This document shows, piece after piece, positions 1 through 12,043 of a DNA stretch of 64,000 nucleotides (the stretch's first letter is position 1; every line of letters begins with the position of its first letter). The stretch covers positions 1,612,001 to 1,676,000 of the forward strand of contig OZ287080.1 in the NCBI GenBank assembly GCA_965645245.1, written 5' to 3'. The translations under genes and the position numbers were made by a program. The notes under the pieces were generated by a model, which did not search any database, was not told the origin of the DNA, and saw only the letters and a program-made list of their open reading frames with translations. Origin of the DNA: Massalongia carnosa. Taxonomy: Eukaryota.

Positions 1-800
1 TGACATATAGTACACATTCTTGGCCTATGGATTGTTTATTAGCCAATAGCAGAGAATAAGAGATATGCGATACACACCAATGAGTAATTATAGCTAGCAT
101 GGGGGTATCCGGCCGCTGCTGCGATAGGTGTACCGGGCTTGACAGCATTGCTGATCGCATTAACCTTCCATGCAGCACCGAAAGCAGTGCTGTTATCCCA
201 AGCAGATTCTCGGATCTTGTCGCTGTTGTCTTGGTAATAGAGTCTTTTGTGCAATGTGCCATTGAGATCAGTCCATTGCATGGCTGCCAGGCCTGTATTC
301 GCGTAATGTACTCGAGTCGTTGTTGGTGCTTGAGGAGCTGTTGAAGATGGAATATTTGTGGGAACAGTAGCATTCTGTTTTCTATTACGCACAGCGATAG
401 TTCCACCGATACCACCACCTACTACACCTGCTATTAGGAGGACGAGTACCACGGGTAACAGTACAAAGAACGTCTTGCTCCTCAGGCCAAAGATTCTGCG
501 CTCCTCTGTAGGACGTGATAATTCCGATTCCGATTCCACGTCATGTGCATCGACAACGACTGCTTGCTTGCCCACATCGTTGAAGCTGATGATCTTTTCC
601 GATTGCGAGTCATATGCATCGACAACGACTGCTTGTTTGCCAACATCGTTGTAGCTGATGATCTTTTCATCCTTGGGATCTTGACCCACGATAGGAGCAG
701 CCTTGCCATCATTCTCCAGGCAACAGTTGTAGTTTACCTCCAGAGTACTATATTTTGTGTTTCCTGGTGCCGGCACCAACAATGGCATCGAGCCTGCCAT
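1..800 (-). CDS. Type II membrane protein with a probable fungal fucose-specific-lectin-like beta-propeller domain; 3' part runs off the window
   Basis: ATG at 800. Cytoplasmic N-terminus, then RRIFGLRSKTFF and a TM helix (VLLPVVLVLLIAGVVGGGIGG), a Ser/Thr/Pro linker, and TGLAAMQW...RLYYQD...IRESAWD...KPGTPIAA typical of fungal lectin-like repeats. A probable intron donor near 76 means the stop at 39 is likely intronic. Confidence 0.6.
541..669. repeat. Two-copy 69-bp (23-codon) tandem duplication inside the lectin-like gene
   Basis: 541-600 and 610-669 are nearly identical and encode EKIIS(Y/F)NDVGKQAVVVDA(Y/H)D twice. Confidence 0.9.
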
Positions 801-1750
801 GAGATTTTTTGAACTAGCTACTCAACTGCCGGAAGTCTCTCGTTTCCTTCTCTAGTGAAGCGTGCCTAGGCAAACATGAACATACCGACTCCCTAAAACC
901 ACTTTTTTCCTTCATCAAATTGAAAAAGTCATTATGACGGTACTAAAATATGTATCAAGCTGTAGTCATTATGATGGGATTGTAAACGAAAGAATGCTTC
1001 AATTTGACTATTTAAATGTGGGATGAGGATTGGGATGAAGAGATTCTGTTGGTCAAAGACCCTGCAATAAACATACTAATTAACGCAAAAGTGAAACAAC
1101 AGACATCGGGGCTACATGATTAGAACGGGTCGAGGACTGGCACAGTAAGCCTTGAAATCCGTAAAGCGATGTAGAGATTAGAGTAGATGTACGATGGTTG
1201 GCAGATATTTCTGTCTCCCTCTCTCAGGCTAACACAATCCGGCTTGATATCTTTTGTCAGATCACTATTATTAGTAAGCCTTCAAACTGATATCAAGCCG
1301 GATTTGATCGTCCCGAGAGGGGGCCAGTTCACCAGGCGAAAGGGAAAGGGACAAGACATTGTACTAGTAAGTATTGTAGTGCTTTAACTTCGACTCCGCG
1401 CGCCAAAGCCCAACATCGCGCTCATTAGCAAGCTTAAGTGAAACAGAAATTAAACCGATGCAAGGAATATCCACGCGCGGGATCCTGCAGGATCAGCCTC
1501 AAAAATTCCTAAACATAGAACAGGTTTCCGAGAGTTCACCTGGACCCTACCCAGTGGAGTTAAGTAAAGTCCGAAATTGGGCACTTTTTACTCGGCGATG
1601 AGGCTTCGTCGATCAAATACGTTGCGTATCAAACCTTCAGATATCGCCATGATGCAGTGTGTCATGCGGAAAACAAGGTGAAGCCAGCTGCTGTCTCTTG
1701 CGGCTCCGACAGTACGGGACTTGGAAATACACGCCCAAGTGCATCTCGCT

Positions 1751-4321
1751 ATGTTACTACTCATCCTACTCAATATCTGTGCCTTGATTGAGGCATTCCC
1801 GACAACATCCGAAGAGGTGTCGACTTCGAGCAACGCATCACTACTATGGGGCCCATATCGCCCCAACTTGTACCTTGGTATACGGCCACGAATACCAAAT
1901 TCGTTGCTTATAGGCTTGATGTGGTCCAATGCCGATAATCCTTCAGATATCTCGAAAAGTACGCATCGAGAAGACTCCAATCGCATTATTCTATCTACTA
2001 ATTTTGGCCAAATCTTAAGATCTCCGACACACATGCGAGCAAGATGAGGGCATGGCAAGCTATGGTTGGACGGAATATGATGCCCGGAAAGGAGGTATGC
2101 AAATCGTCAATGATACTGGAAACCAACTGGACTTGATTACCCAGTTTGCCAAAGTCTCCGATGATGAACATAGTGGGAAATGGGGCTTGAGAGTCAAAGG
2201 TATTCCAAGGGCGAATGCACGTGATCACCAGAAGACCACCATAATATTCTACCTTGGAAGTGAGGATCCAAATTCTAGGATAGAATGCACCGAAGGGAAC
2301 AAGATCAACCCTTTCGACAGTGATGTTGTTTGCGACGGCAAGGTGATTGGCTTGCGTAACTTCAAGTTACAGATCCCAGACCATGGAGCTGATAGCGACT
2401 CTCTTCAAAGGACGTCTGTCAAGAGTTTAACGGTTCCAGTAGACACTATCTGGCAAGCAAAATCGATATTTACCAATCAACTCAAGGGCAGTGACTCTCA
2501 CGAAGGAATGATTGCAAATAATCCTGGAGAAGGAAATCTTCATTTTGTGCAGAAAAGCTTCCAGGAAGGGTTTGAGTTCGACGTTCTATTCTCCTCAGAC
2601 TCAATCTCTGAAGCCATGACGTCTAATTCTTTGACGGAAGGTATCCAAGATGCGTTATCCACCTTTAGGAAGCGCTTTCAGTCAGTTTACTTACCTCAAG
2701 CGCCATTTCAGGACCAGCAGCATATCCAATTCTCCAAATCTCTTCTTTCTAACTTCTTGGGAGGAATTGGATACTTTTATGGAACAAGCAAAGTAGACGT
2801 TTCTTCTGCACTAGAATATGCTGAGACTGACCAGAACTTCTGGGAAAAAACCGCTTCGGCCCGATCGCGTGCTGTTGTTAAAGAACAAGGCCCTTATCAG
2901 CTTTTCAGCGCAGTACCCTCTAGGCCATTCTTCCCTCGAGGCTTTTTGTGGGACGAAGGCTTCCATCTTCAAGTTACCCTGGACTGGGACATGGACCTTG
3001 CTCTAGAAATCGTCTCAAGTTGGTTCGATTTGATGGACGAGAATGGCTGGATTGCTAGGGAACAAATTCTTGGCCCTGAGGCGAGAAGCAAGGTCCCATT
3101 GGAGTTCCAGACACAATATCCACACTATGCGAATCCACCAACTTTGTTCTTGCTTGTCCAGGCATTTGTTGCAAGACTCAGTGAGGTATTACCCTTATCA
3201 GGAACTCCAAGTCGGTATTTGAGCGATCCTACGGCAGGAAAAGCCTTTTTGAAGGCGATCTATCCCAAAATGAAGAAACACTATGAATGGTTTTGTCGAA
3301 CACAAGCTGGTAGTTTAAACAGTTATCAACTTCCTGGTTCTGAATTCAATCAAGGATATCGGTGGCGTGGTCGCACACCACAACATATCCTTACCAGTGG
3401 CCTTGATGATTACCCTCGTGCGCAGCCACCGCATCCAGAGGAGTTGCACGTGGATGCACTCTGTTGGGTTGGCTCCATGGCTGTGGTCTTGAAGAAGATC
3501 TCAGCTTTTCTTGGCGAGAAAGAAGACCAGAAAACTTTCTCGAAGCATGAGACCGACGTTGTTCGAAGTATTGATGGAATTCACTGGTCTGAGCCTGATC
3601 AAGCATATTGCGATACAACTATAGTAGATGGAAATCGGGTCAAAAAAGTCTGCCACAAGGGTTACATTTCGCTGTTTCCGTTCCTCGTCGGTTTTATGGG
3701 TCCAGACCACTCTCATCTCGAAGCTGTGTTGAATCTGATACGGGATCCTGAGGAACTATGGAGTCCTTATGGCCTGCGTAGTCTTAGTCCGAAGGACAAA
3801 TACTACGGCACAGATGAAAACTACTGGCGAAGTCCAGTCTGGATCAATATCAATTATATGGTGATGCAAAGATTACTGGTAAGTATACTCCATCTACATC
3901 CATATTTCCTTCGGCCAAGTTATAGCATAGCTCATTCAAGGACCAGGAACTCGCTCAACAGCCAGGTCCATATCAGCAAAAAGTGCGCGAGATATACACG
4001 GAGCTTCGGCTAATCTTGGGAAACACAGTTTTCAAATCCTGGGAGGAGACAGGCTTTGCATGGGAGCAGTATAACCCGGATACAGGCAAAGGCCAAAGAA
4101 CTCAGCATTTTACAGGTTGGACTTCACTGATCGTAAAGATTTTAACAATGCCTGATCTTCAATCGGGATCTCAGCCACAGATGCCCGGGTACACTAATCA
4201 ACCGGCGGACACAGGTCGCTGGGGCATGACGCTAGCGTTAATGGTAATAGGGATGGTGTTGATTTGGTTTGGGTTTCGGAGACGGCTTATAAGGATTTGG
4301 AGGGGATGGATGAAAACGTGA
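1751..4321 (+). CDS. CWH41: Mannosyl-oligosaccharide glucosidase (glucosidase I, GH63) homologue, 3 exons
   Basis: Signal peptide, LLWGPYRPNLYLGIRPR, VPSRPFFPRGFLWDEGFH, GWIAREQILG, ANPPT, SGLDDYPR, NYWRSPVWININY, WEQY...HFTGWT. Introns ~1959-2019 and 3879-3946. Confidence 0.9.
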
Positions 4322-5174
4322 TAAGAATCATACTTGATTTACGACAACCCATGGCCTTTTTCGATCATAATGGTATTATAATATGTCCCGATTCACAGAC
4401 TACAGCCAGCTAGAAGGGTTTGAACACTGCACTATCTCATAAACTGAGAAAGAGTTGAAAAAGTTTTGGATAACCTTCTTCTCGAACGGATTGTTTCCAC
4501 AGTTGATCGACTTCTCACTACTATATGTCCTAGTCGCATACCTTCCTACGAAGACAGGGAAGGTTTTTCAATACCAGAGAGACTTCAAAACAGGACATCA
4601 GAAGAAAGTACTTATGCTTTATGAAGAGACTAGCAGAGAATTATAAAGACGACCATTTACCTCAAGGTAACATTCCAGCTTGATAGGAGACGAAGCTAGG
4701 TAGAGCCAAACACTCGATTTGAATCACGGTCTTGTAATCAAAGGGATGTTGAACTCGAGGGCTGTTTTAAGCTGTCCAATGCTCGTTATGTCAGTGGACA
4801 GGGTACCAGCCCTGATGCCAGCACGGGGAAAATATTTGTAGTAATTTGGGGATCACGACAACGCTTAATGTCTTTATATTTCATTATAAACGGGTATACG
4901 GTGGCTTACGCTCATACCCTTCAAAACCTTATTTCTTCTAGCTTTTAAATGATTCTTTCTTGAAAGGGGGGGTTGGTACCTCATCATTCCTATTATCTAT
5001 CCTTTAAGTCTTTTTCACACGAAACCGGTATATGGAGATATAAGAGAAAGGGCTGAAAATAGAGCTATAAAGGTTCGAAGATGGATAATTAGCGAAGTAT
5101 GACAACAAGGAAAGGGGTGGAGATAATGCGACGTAAATGGGCAATTCGAGGAAATCTAGGCGGAATATTCAACG

Positions 5175-5800
5175 TCAAGCCATTACGGAGGAACGAGGGC
5201 AATGGTCAAGAGTAGAGACGATTTGGAAACCGGGGTCATCAGACAAGATAACTTGGATATCTCGAATCCGACCCTGTTTTAACCGACTCAACTCAGCAGA
5301 GTCAGACAAATAGCGAAATAAACATCCAAAATAACTGAACAAGACATATATAAAGACTATGAGTACCAAGTGACTATCTCTGTTATAGTATCCCATAACC
5401 GCAATGGCCCTCGAAAAACACAAATATAGGTCAACATACGTTACGGGTTGCGGTATGAATGGGAACGGGAAAAGATAGTAACTAAATATAATGATAAGAT
5501 GCTTCGACCTCTGAGAAGCAGCATGTGGGCCGGTAGATTCTGCAAAACTGTTTGCACGGCAAAGGTCTGCCAATTTGTGAGGCAAGATCCTCAGCCACAG
5601 CACAAATATCAAATTGTGGGTAGAGTCAACGAGACGGTGGCGATTCGACGGTTTCATGTCCTCCAAGATCCAATCAAGAAAAAAAGACTGGATGAACTTA
5701 TGTTTCTGGCCCACACGGGGCGCACGCATTCCTAGTTCGCTAGGTATTTGCTAACCCCGTCGAATTCCAGGCAATAATAGCAGAAAAGGGGTACGCTGGA
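5175..5800 (-). pseudogene. Possible degenerate protein-kinase-like relic
   Basis: ILEDMKPSN followed about 25 residues later by KLADL resembles kinase subdomains VIb and VII. The rest is not recognisable. Confidence 0.25.
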
Positions 5801-7433
5801 TGGCTCGTGTCGTTGTATCGCAGAGACATTGGCTCCCGGACTTGAAAGCGCTGTAACCATAGCTGGGATAATTGCTTTCTGGATTATCCCGTAACTAGAA
5901 GAGTGGAGGCAAGAAGAATGGCTGCCTAGGCACTAAGTAACTACCCATACAATTGGCTTCTCCTTTACCGTTTACCCATGCCCGTAAATTCTAACCTTGT
6001 GAGCAATGGTGGCGACTGCAAATGTACAAAAGTTCGGGATATCCGGGAACATCAGTTTAGAGCTTGCGAGCGGCAATGCTTCCACTAGAAAATGATAGGC
6101 AGTGGTGAAGATATCACTCTAGAGGCCGTCCTATAGAGCTGAGGTTAGCCTCTTCAAAAGGAGGTTGGCGCGTCGTTTCTTCGTCCGGCCAGGATGAGAA
6201 TCCAACGCTTGCAAGTTCACCGTCGAAGCCCTATTTACACGCAGAGGCGCTTAACTATGTCTGGATGATTAGACCACTATTATGAGAGCCTTGACTGCCA
6301 CGGCTCTCCAACGGCAAAAGCTAGGTTTCTTGGGATCTCTCATAGGACGTGACCCCTGTCACTAGCATCCTTTTAGGCCGTGCTCGAATGACATGTTATA
6401 TCCAGGAATATCATTCAACTTCAGGGGTGGAATTATGTATGAGGAACCTCCTTCCCAAGGTCCTGCCTCACTCGTCGTCCGCCCCAGAATCACCCCTATC
6501 GCTCCGCAGGGCGATATGCTAAACTAACAGACCATGTCCCTGTTCCGTCGGCGATAGGGCAAATCTGTCGTCCTTGCTGACCAGATCCCATTCTCCGTGC
6601 TATAGAATACCACAGTATGTCGAGCAAATGCGTACATGAGATTAGCAGAACAAAGTTTTCGGCTTTTCGGTCGCGGCTGTCCTGATCATGTCGTTACGCC
6701 TAGATGGACGTTCTAGCCAGCAGGCAAAGCTCTCCACCGTCATGCAAGCCCCAAGCTCGAGCGGAGGGGCCATCCTGCCTGTGAATACGGCGTATACAGC
6801 TCCTTTGTGCGAATATGAGCCAGCGCTAGGCAAGCGCCGATAATGGGCGTGGACGTTGGGCCTAGGAGTGCCTCTGGCTTGATACTGCGTTTATCGTCAA
6901 GGTCGTTTGTATGTCTTTACGCCTTGACGCCCATCGGCAGCCACAATCATACGTTACGTTGGGGTAGAATATAAAATGTGGACAAGGTGTTTTGAGCCTC
7001 ATCGTGTAGGATAATTTTCTGAGACATGAAAGCTGAAAGAGTCACATGCAGATCACATCAGTAATCTCAGCTCGCTGATCCTTACATTGCGCAGTCAAGA
7101 TTTAATATTCTGTGGGAAAGCTCTCTACATTGTATTAGTCACACGAGCCAGCGTGCCCATGAGAATTCCATAGAGATAAGATCGACTCTATAACAAGCCA
7201 TACCACACTCTTCCTTACTTCCACCTAAGTATCGCTTCATAACAAGATTGATTGACATGAAACACGTCTCAGCAGTAAGGAAAACATTATTATTCGTATG
7301 TCATGAGTTATCCAGCCCATTATAATGTTGAAACGTGGTCGAATATACTAGGAATAATCAAACTAGTGGGAAGAATAAAATATCGAGGTCAACTTTAGAA
7401 GCCATGCTAGGTATCCCCGCTGTCACCAAAAGG

Positions 7434-9080
7434 TTATTCCGTGGGCTCAGGAGTCCATTGAGCCATATCGAAACAACTGTTAGGGTCGTTATAATGATTA
7501 GAAATATGTGTGACTCGACGCTGCCAGACTGTCCCAAGCCACACAGAGCAGAATCCACACCAGTATGGCCGAGTCTCGTACTCATCCATCGGGACCATCC
7601 ATGATTCTGGAGGGGCTCGAATCGACGGTATCGCCTTGTGAAATTTTCTCATATGACGCATTAGGCCATCAGGCCTGGTAAATACCCGCTTGTTCTCGGG
7701 CTTTTCCAAACATAGGAAGGCTTTGTGCTCAGAAGTCAGGTGGTCATCCGTAGGAGCAGGTATTCCACAAAAAGGGCACGTCACATTCCCCCTAGTTACT
7801 AATCGAGGCCCATACCGCATGCAAACACACCGTGGCTGAGCTGCGTGTATGTACTCTTCGTGACGAGACCAATCGCCCTGAAACTCAAATCCCATATTGC
7901 ACCAGGTGCACTGGAAGCGTTTGTTTCCCTCTCTTTTAGGGGGCATCGTATCTGGGCGAATGATGCGCCGACCCTTTTGGCGAAACAATTGTATTGCTGT
8001 GCCGCTACTTTGATTTGAGTGATGAGATTGTTGGCTCGATAACGGAACTGATTGGTGGTCCTCTTCCTGACATGTGATGGATTCACATAAGGTTGTACTC
8101 AATACAGAACGGCTGTGAGTTAAAGCATGTTCATGCCTGTAAGGTATGAAATGCGGTGCAACGTTGCTTTGTACGCTATTACAAGTTTGTACGGGAGATC
8201 CCTCATCCCGTGGATCCGTTTTCAGGTATCGTTCCATTGGTGAGGTCGATGAACGAATTTGGCGTTGCTCTTGGAGGAGAGCGAACGTATCTTCAGTCTC
8301 GTCGATATTATACAACGCTTTGCCATCAGTTTCAGCTACACTCTGGAAAGCCAAGGATGTGCTCCAATCCCCTGAGGGAGGGTGGGATGGCTCCTGACCA
8401 ATAGATACGGAATCTACCATTCCATGTCCTGATGAGCGCCAAGGTGTAACACGAGGTCTGATGAACCTGAGTTTTCTTTGCCTTGTAAACCACTCAGTGA
8501 CCTGTTTGACTCGAAGGTTCGTATGCATGGCCAGTTCATTTATCACCTCCGGAGATGGATATGGGTAATTTAGGTGAGCATTGAACCAGAAAAGTAGATG
8601 ATCGACTATTGCTCTGGAAAAATTGATTCTTGGACCGCGAGGTTTTCTCACATGGGCCCTGTGTTCCCGGTGTGTCCGCTGAGCACTCTTACTACCATCC
8701 AGCCGTCCACCATGACGAGACTGATCGCTACGATGATTCAACCGGGGGCCTTGAGTAAACAATATCATCTCGTCTTGAGTGGATGCTCGATGGGTTTGTT
8801 CCTCTTCCTCCGGGCGAAGCAACTCGAGCTGTGACAATGATACATATTCAAACTGATTCTGCTCAATTTGTTAGAACTGACTGAGGATAGTGCCCATTCA
8901 ACGTACTAGGGTATCGGTAGCTCTCAGCTCAGGCTCTGTATGCCCGCGTACCGCTCTATCTATAGTCTGCTCTTCATCGTCGTCACACCCAAGAGGGTCG
9001 TCGTCAGGGTTTCCAGGTGGCAACGTAACGTGATCTGGGGATTGAAAATGACTCCAGCACCCTGAAAACGGAGATGACAT
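7434..9080 (-). CDS. Homeobox (TALE/KN-type) plus C2H2 zinc finger transcription factor, 2 exons
   Basis: WFNAHLNYPYPSPE...KQVTEWFTRQRK homeodomain. Fingers FQCTWC...WSRHEEYIH, CPFC...HLTSEH, FTRPDGLMRHMRKFH, WCGFC...RVTHISNH. ATG at 9080 and an in-phase intron 8906-8829 (GTACGT...CAG). Confidence 0.85.
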
Positions 9081-10084
9081 AGTCCTTATAGAACTGATAG
9101 GTATTAATAGCAACTATAGGAGCGTTGGCAAGGCACGGTAGTACACCTCAGCCGCAGAGAGGGCGGCTGAGTGGACAGTTATATGCTAATGAGTCACAGC
9201 CTAATGTCAAAACTTAAGCAGACGAAACGAGGGCCATTCAAGGCTCTCTTTAAAGGCATTTGATATATAAAAGGATAATGTGTTGATATGAACAGAAGAA
9301 GTTCATAGCGCATGTTTTTGAAAAAACTAAGCGTGACCATTGAGGCGAGACTACCTGAACTCCCAAATCCCTAACCTAGGATTGGACAACGCAAAACGTC
9401 TTCGAAGTAAGCAGAAACAAACGCGCGGACCGATGTTCTTTCATCACGCATAGTTAGCCTTGGAAAGCAATTGTTGAAGGAAAAGCCTTGGGTTGACTTG
9501 ACTGGTTTTGGGGGCAGTGTTAATGGGTGCAACTTCCATGGTTCCCTTGAGCACTTTTGCAGCGCCTAATTGATCACAACATCACCTCTCTACTTTCATG
9601 AAGCATCGCATGGGTTATGGGCCATCACAATGATGGTTGGATTTGCCAAGGAGGAGGGAATTGGTTAATCGCGTAGATATTCCATTACCTCCAGGCTCGG
9701 ATGACGTTCACTCTCTTCATGCAATGACGTAACTAGCTACTTAGCTGTTCTTGTGTACGAACATCATTGATTGCATATCAAGCTGGTTAGCGCTTAGATA
9801 TGCGTAAGCTTTCCAGCTTATTTGTTAGGTAGCACGGTAGGTTTACGTTCTAAAAGAGACTCGTTTTGGATTTGATAAATTGATCGGGTTTATTTAGGAT
9901 GGTTGTTGATGATAGAAATCATCTCTAGCTAAATATCTATTTTATCTTATCCCATCACTTTTTGTGCGTACTCGGTAGCCAGCCATTCACACTTCTATTA
10001 GTGGTGATATTGGCAGGCCACCTACCAATTAGTGTGGTCTAATCGGTTAACATTGCATAAGTAATATTCCAGCAAGAAACCATA

Positions 10085-11285
10085 GTGATACGTTCAGAAA
10101 TTGATTCTCTGCGTTTCTCAATTCTCAATACATTGTACCCGACTGCTGTGTGCAAATATGAGTCTGCAGAGCCACTGAATGCATTGTCTTACTGCCAGTT
10201 GGGGCATCAGTGGTTCAGTCGATTTTTTGAGCGAAATCCTCAATACGACAAGCGCAAACAAAAGCCCCTGGCGACGGATCGAAAAAATAGTCACAGTCTC
10301 ACAGATATGAAGGATTATTTCTATAAATTGAAGGCTGTTATGAGAGACAAGGGCATCATCGAGGTGGATGTTTGGAACATGGATGAAACAGGATTTCGCA
10401 TTGGCTGTGGACGGGCTCAAATGGTGATTATCATGAACCCGAAAAAGCCTTTGCGAATGATGGATTCGGATAATCGTGATTACATCACGACGGTGGAGTG
10501 TATAAGTTCTGGAGGGGAGGTGATTCCCTCTTTAATCATCATTTCAGGGGTGCAGATTTTGCATAAATGGTGTCAGGAAAATGATTTACACGATGACATT
10601 CTCATTGGCACCAGCGACAGTGGTTATTCAAGTGATGATTTAGCTATGGACTGGTTGAATCATTTCATCGAGCATGCGAGTAGCAAAATGCAGGGTGCAT
10701 GGCTACTTTTAATCGCTGGAATTTCTCGCTGCTTTTCAGGGGTTCCGAAATGAAACGTTCAAATCATCCACCATCCGTCATGCGTTCAAATCAACCGGAA
10801 TCGTACTGTTTAACCCAAATGTTGTCCTGGACAAAATTCGGGGAAAGGAGGCACAATTGAGGGAGTCAGCTATTCGAACTCCCTCCCCTCCCCCTCCCCC
10901 TCTTCCATTGAATCAACGCACACCCAATGGGCCCGAATCGATTGTTCGGTACGGTCGAAAGCTTCAGAGAGCCATTGCCAAAGCGGGACCCAATGATAAG
11001 CTGGAGGTTCAACAAATTGAACGATTTGTTCGAGGCTCAGTGGCCTCCGCCCATGCTTTGAATATGACCACCCGAGACCTTCATGCCATGCAAGAAGCAG
11101 CTTCATCACGTCAGAAACGGGCCGTTCTTGGTGGACAGGTGGCCTCTCAGGGTGGAATCATCAAGGTGAGTCAGTGTAGGGAGCTTTGTTCAGAAAGAAA
11201 GCAGAAGGAGGAAGAAAAGGCAAAACGAAAGAAGGTTAGGGAGGAGAAAGCGGCTGAGAAAAAAAAAGATTCTCAGCTGAATTAA
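10085..11285 (+). mobile_element. Degenerate pogo/Fot1-type DDE transposase relic with an internal deletion
   Basis: LGHQWFSRFFERNP, VWNMDETGFRIG (first catalytic D), ITTVECISSGG, SDSGYSSDDLAMDWLNHF. After WLLLI (~10714) it jumps frame to LEFLAAFQ...IRHAFKSTGIVLFNP, losing the other two catalytic Asp motifs. No TIR pair found. Confidence 0.85.
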
Positions 11286-11505
11286 ATAGCCTTTCTCATC
11301 AACGACACATATTTGATAGAGTAGTCAATTCTCTACGTATAAAAGTTGAAACATTCACAATCGGAGTTGTTTTGATGACGTGGTGAGTTGTTTGATGGAT
11401 AGATGATGACATTGAGCCCAATTGCGCTAAGGGATGCTCTTCCATTCCGAAAGTGGTTTAGTTGGGGCGAACGATATTACCCTCCCAAAAAACAAAACTT
11501 GAATT

Positions 11506-11577
11506 TGCAAGCGCCGTGAATCGAACACGAACCTCTACATTGGAAATGTAGAATCCTAACCATTGGACCACGCAAGC
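11506..11577 (-). tRNA. tRNA-Gly(TCC), intronless, with two acceptor-stem mismatches
   Basis: GCTTGCG-TG-GTCCAATGGTTAGGAT-T-CTACA-TTTCCAA-TGTAG-AGGT-TCGTGTTCGATTCACGG-CGCTTGC-A. D, anticodon and T arms pair, and a T-run Pol III terminator follows. Confidence 0.8.
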
Positions 11578-12043
11578 TTCTAATGTATCTATGTCTCACC
11601 ACAGTATAATATTTATTCATATTATTTTAATATATACATACACAATAGGAACATCCCCTTTCCTTGATTTGCACAACTTTAGCCAGGTTTACGAGCACAA
11701 GGAGTAAGCCCATCTACCCTCACCTTGTTTCACACCATTAGTTTAGGTATTTACATCCCCAGGCTGGTGGATACTTGAAGTACTTTATCCTCTAATCTCG
11801 ACTCTCTTTGTATCTAAGATCTCAAAATATTCATCCAAAACGTAATAGATAAAAGCTTCTCATGCTGATCCTCCATCTGGAGCTATCCTCAGAGTGCTCT
11901 AAAGAAAGAAGTTTTGCACGCGATCTTACAGCATGAAGAACATCAGTTGCGGGTGATTCAGCGCTTGCTTAGATTCTTCACCGTTATCATGACAAGATTT
12001 TATTCTGGCCTAAAGACCTTGCTACACTAGCGCTATGCTCCCC

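Noticed and set aside
1481..1494. 14-bp palindrome GATCCTGCAGGATC upstream of the GH63 gene
   Set aside because: A single palindrome of this length is expected by chance in 64 kb, and it has no known function.
4400..11500. Starship or other giant mobile element
   Set aside because: No tyrosine-recombinase (DUF3435) captain gene or element boundaries are visible.
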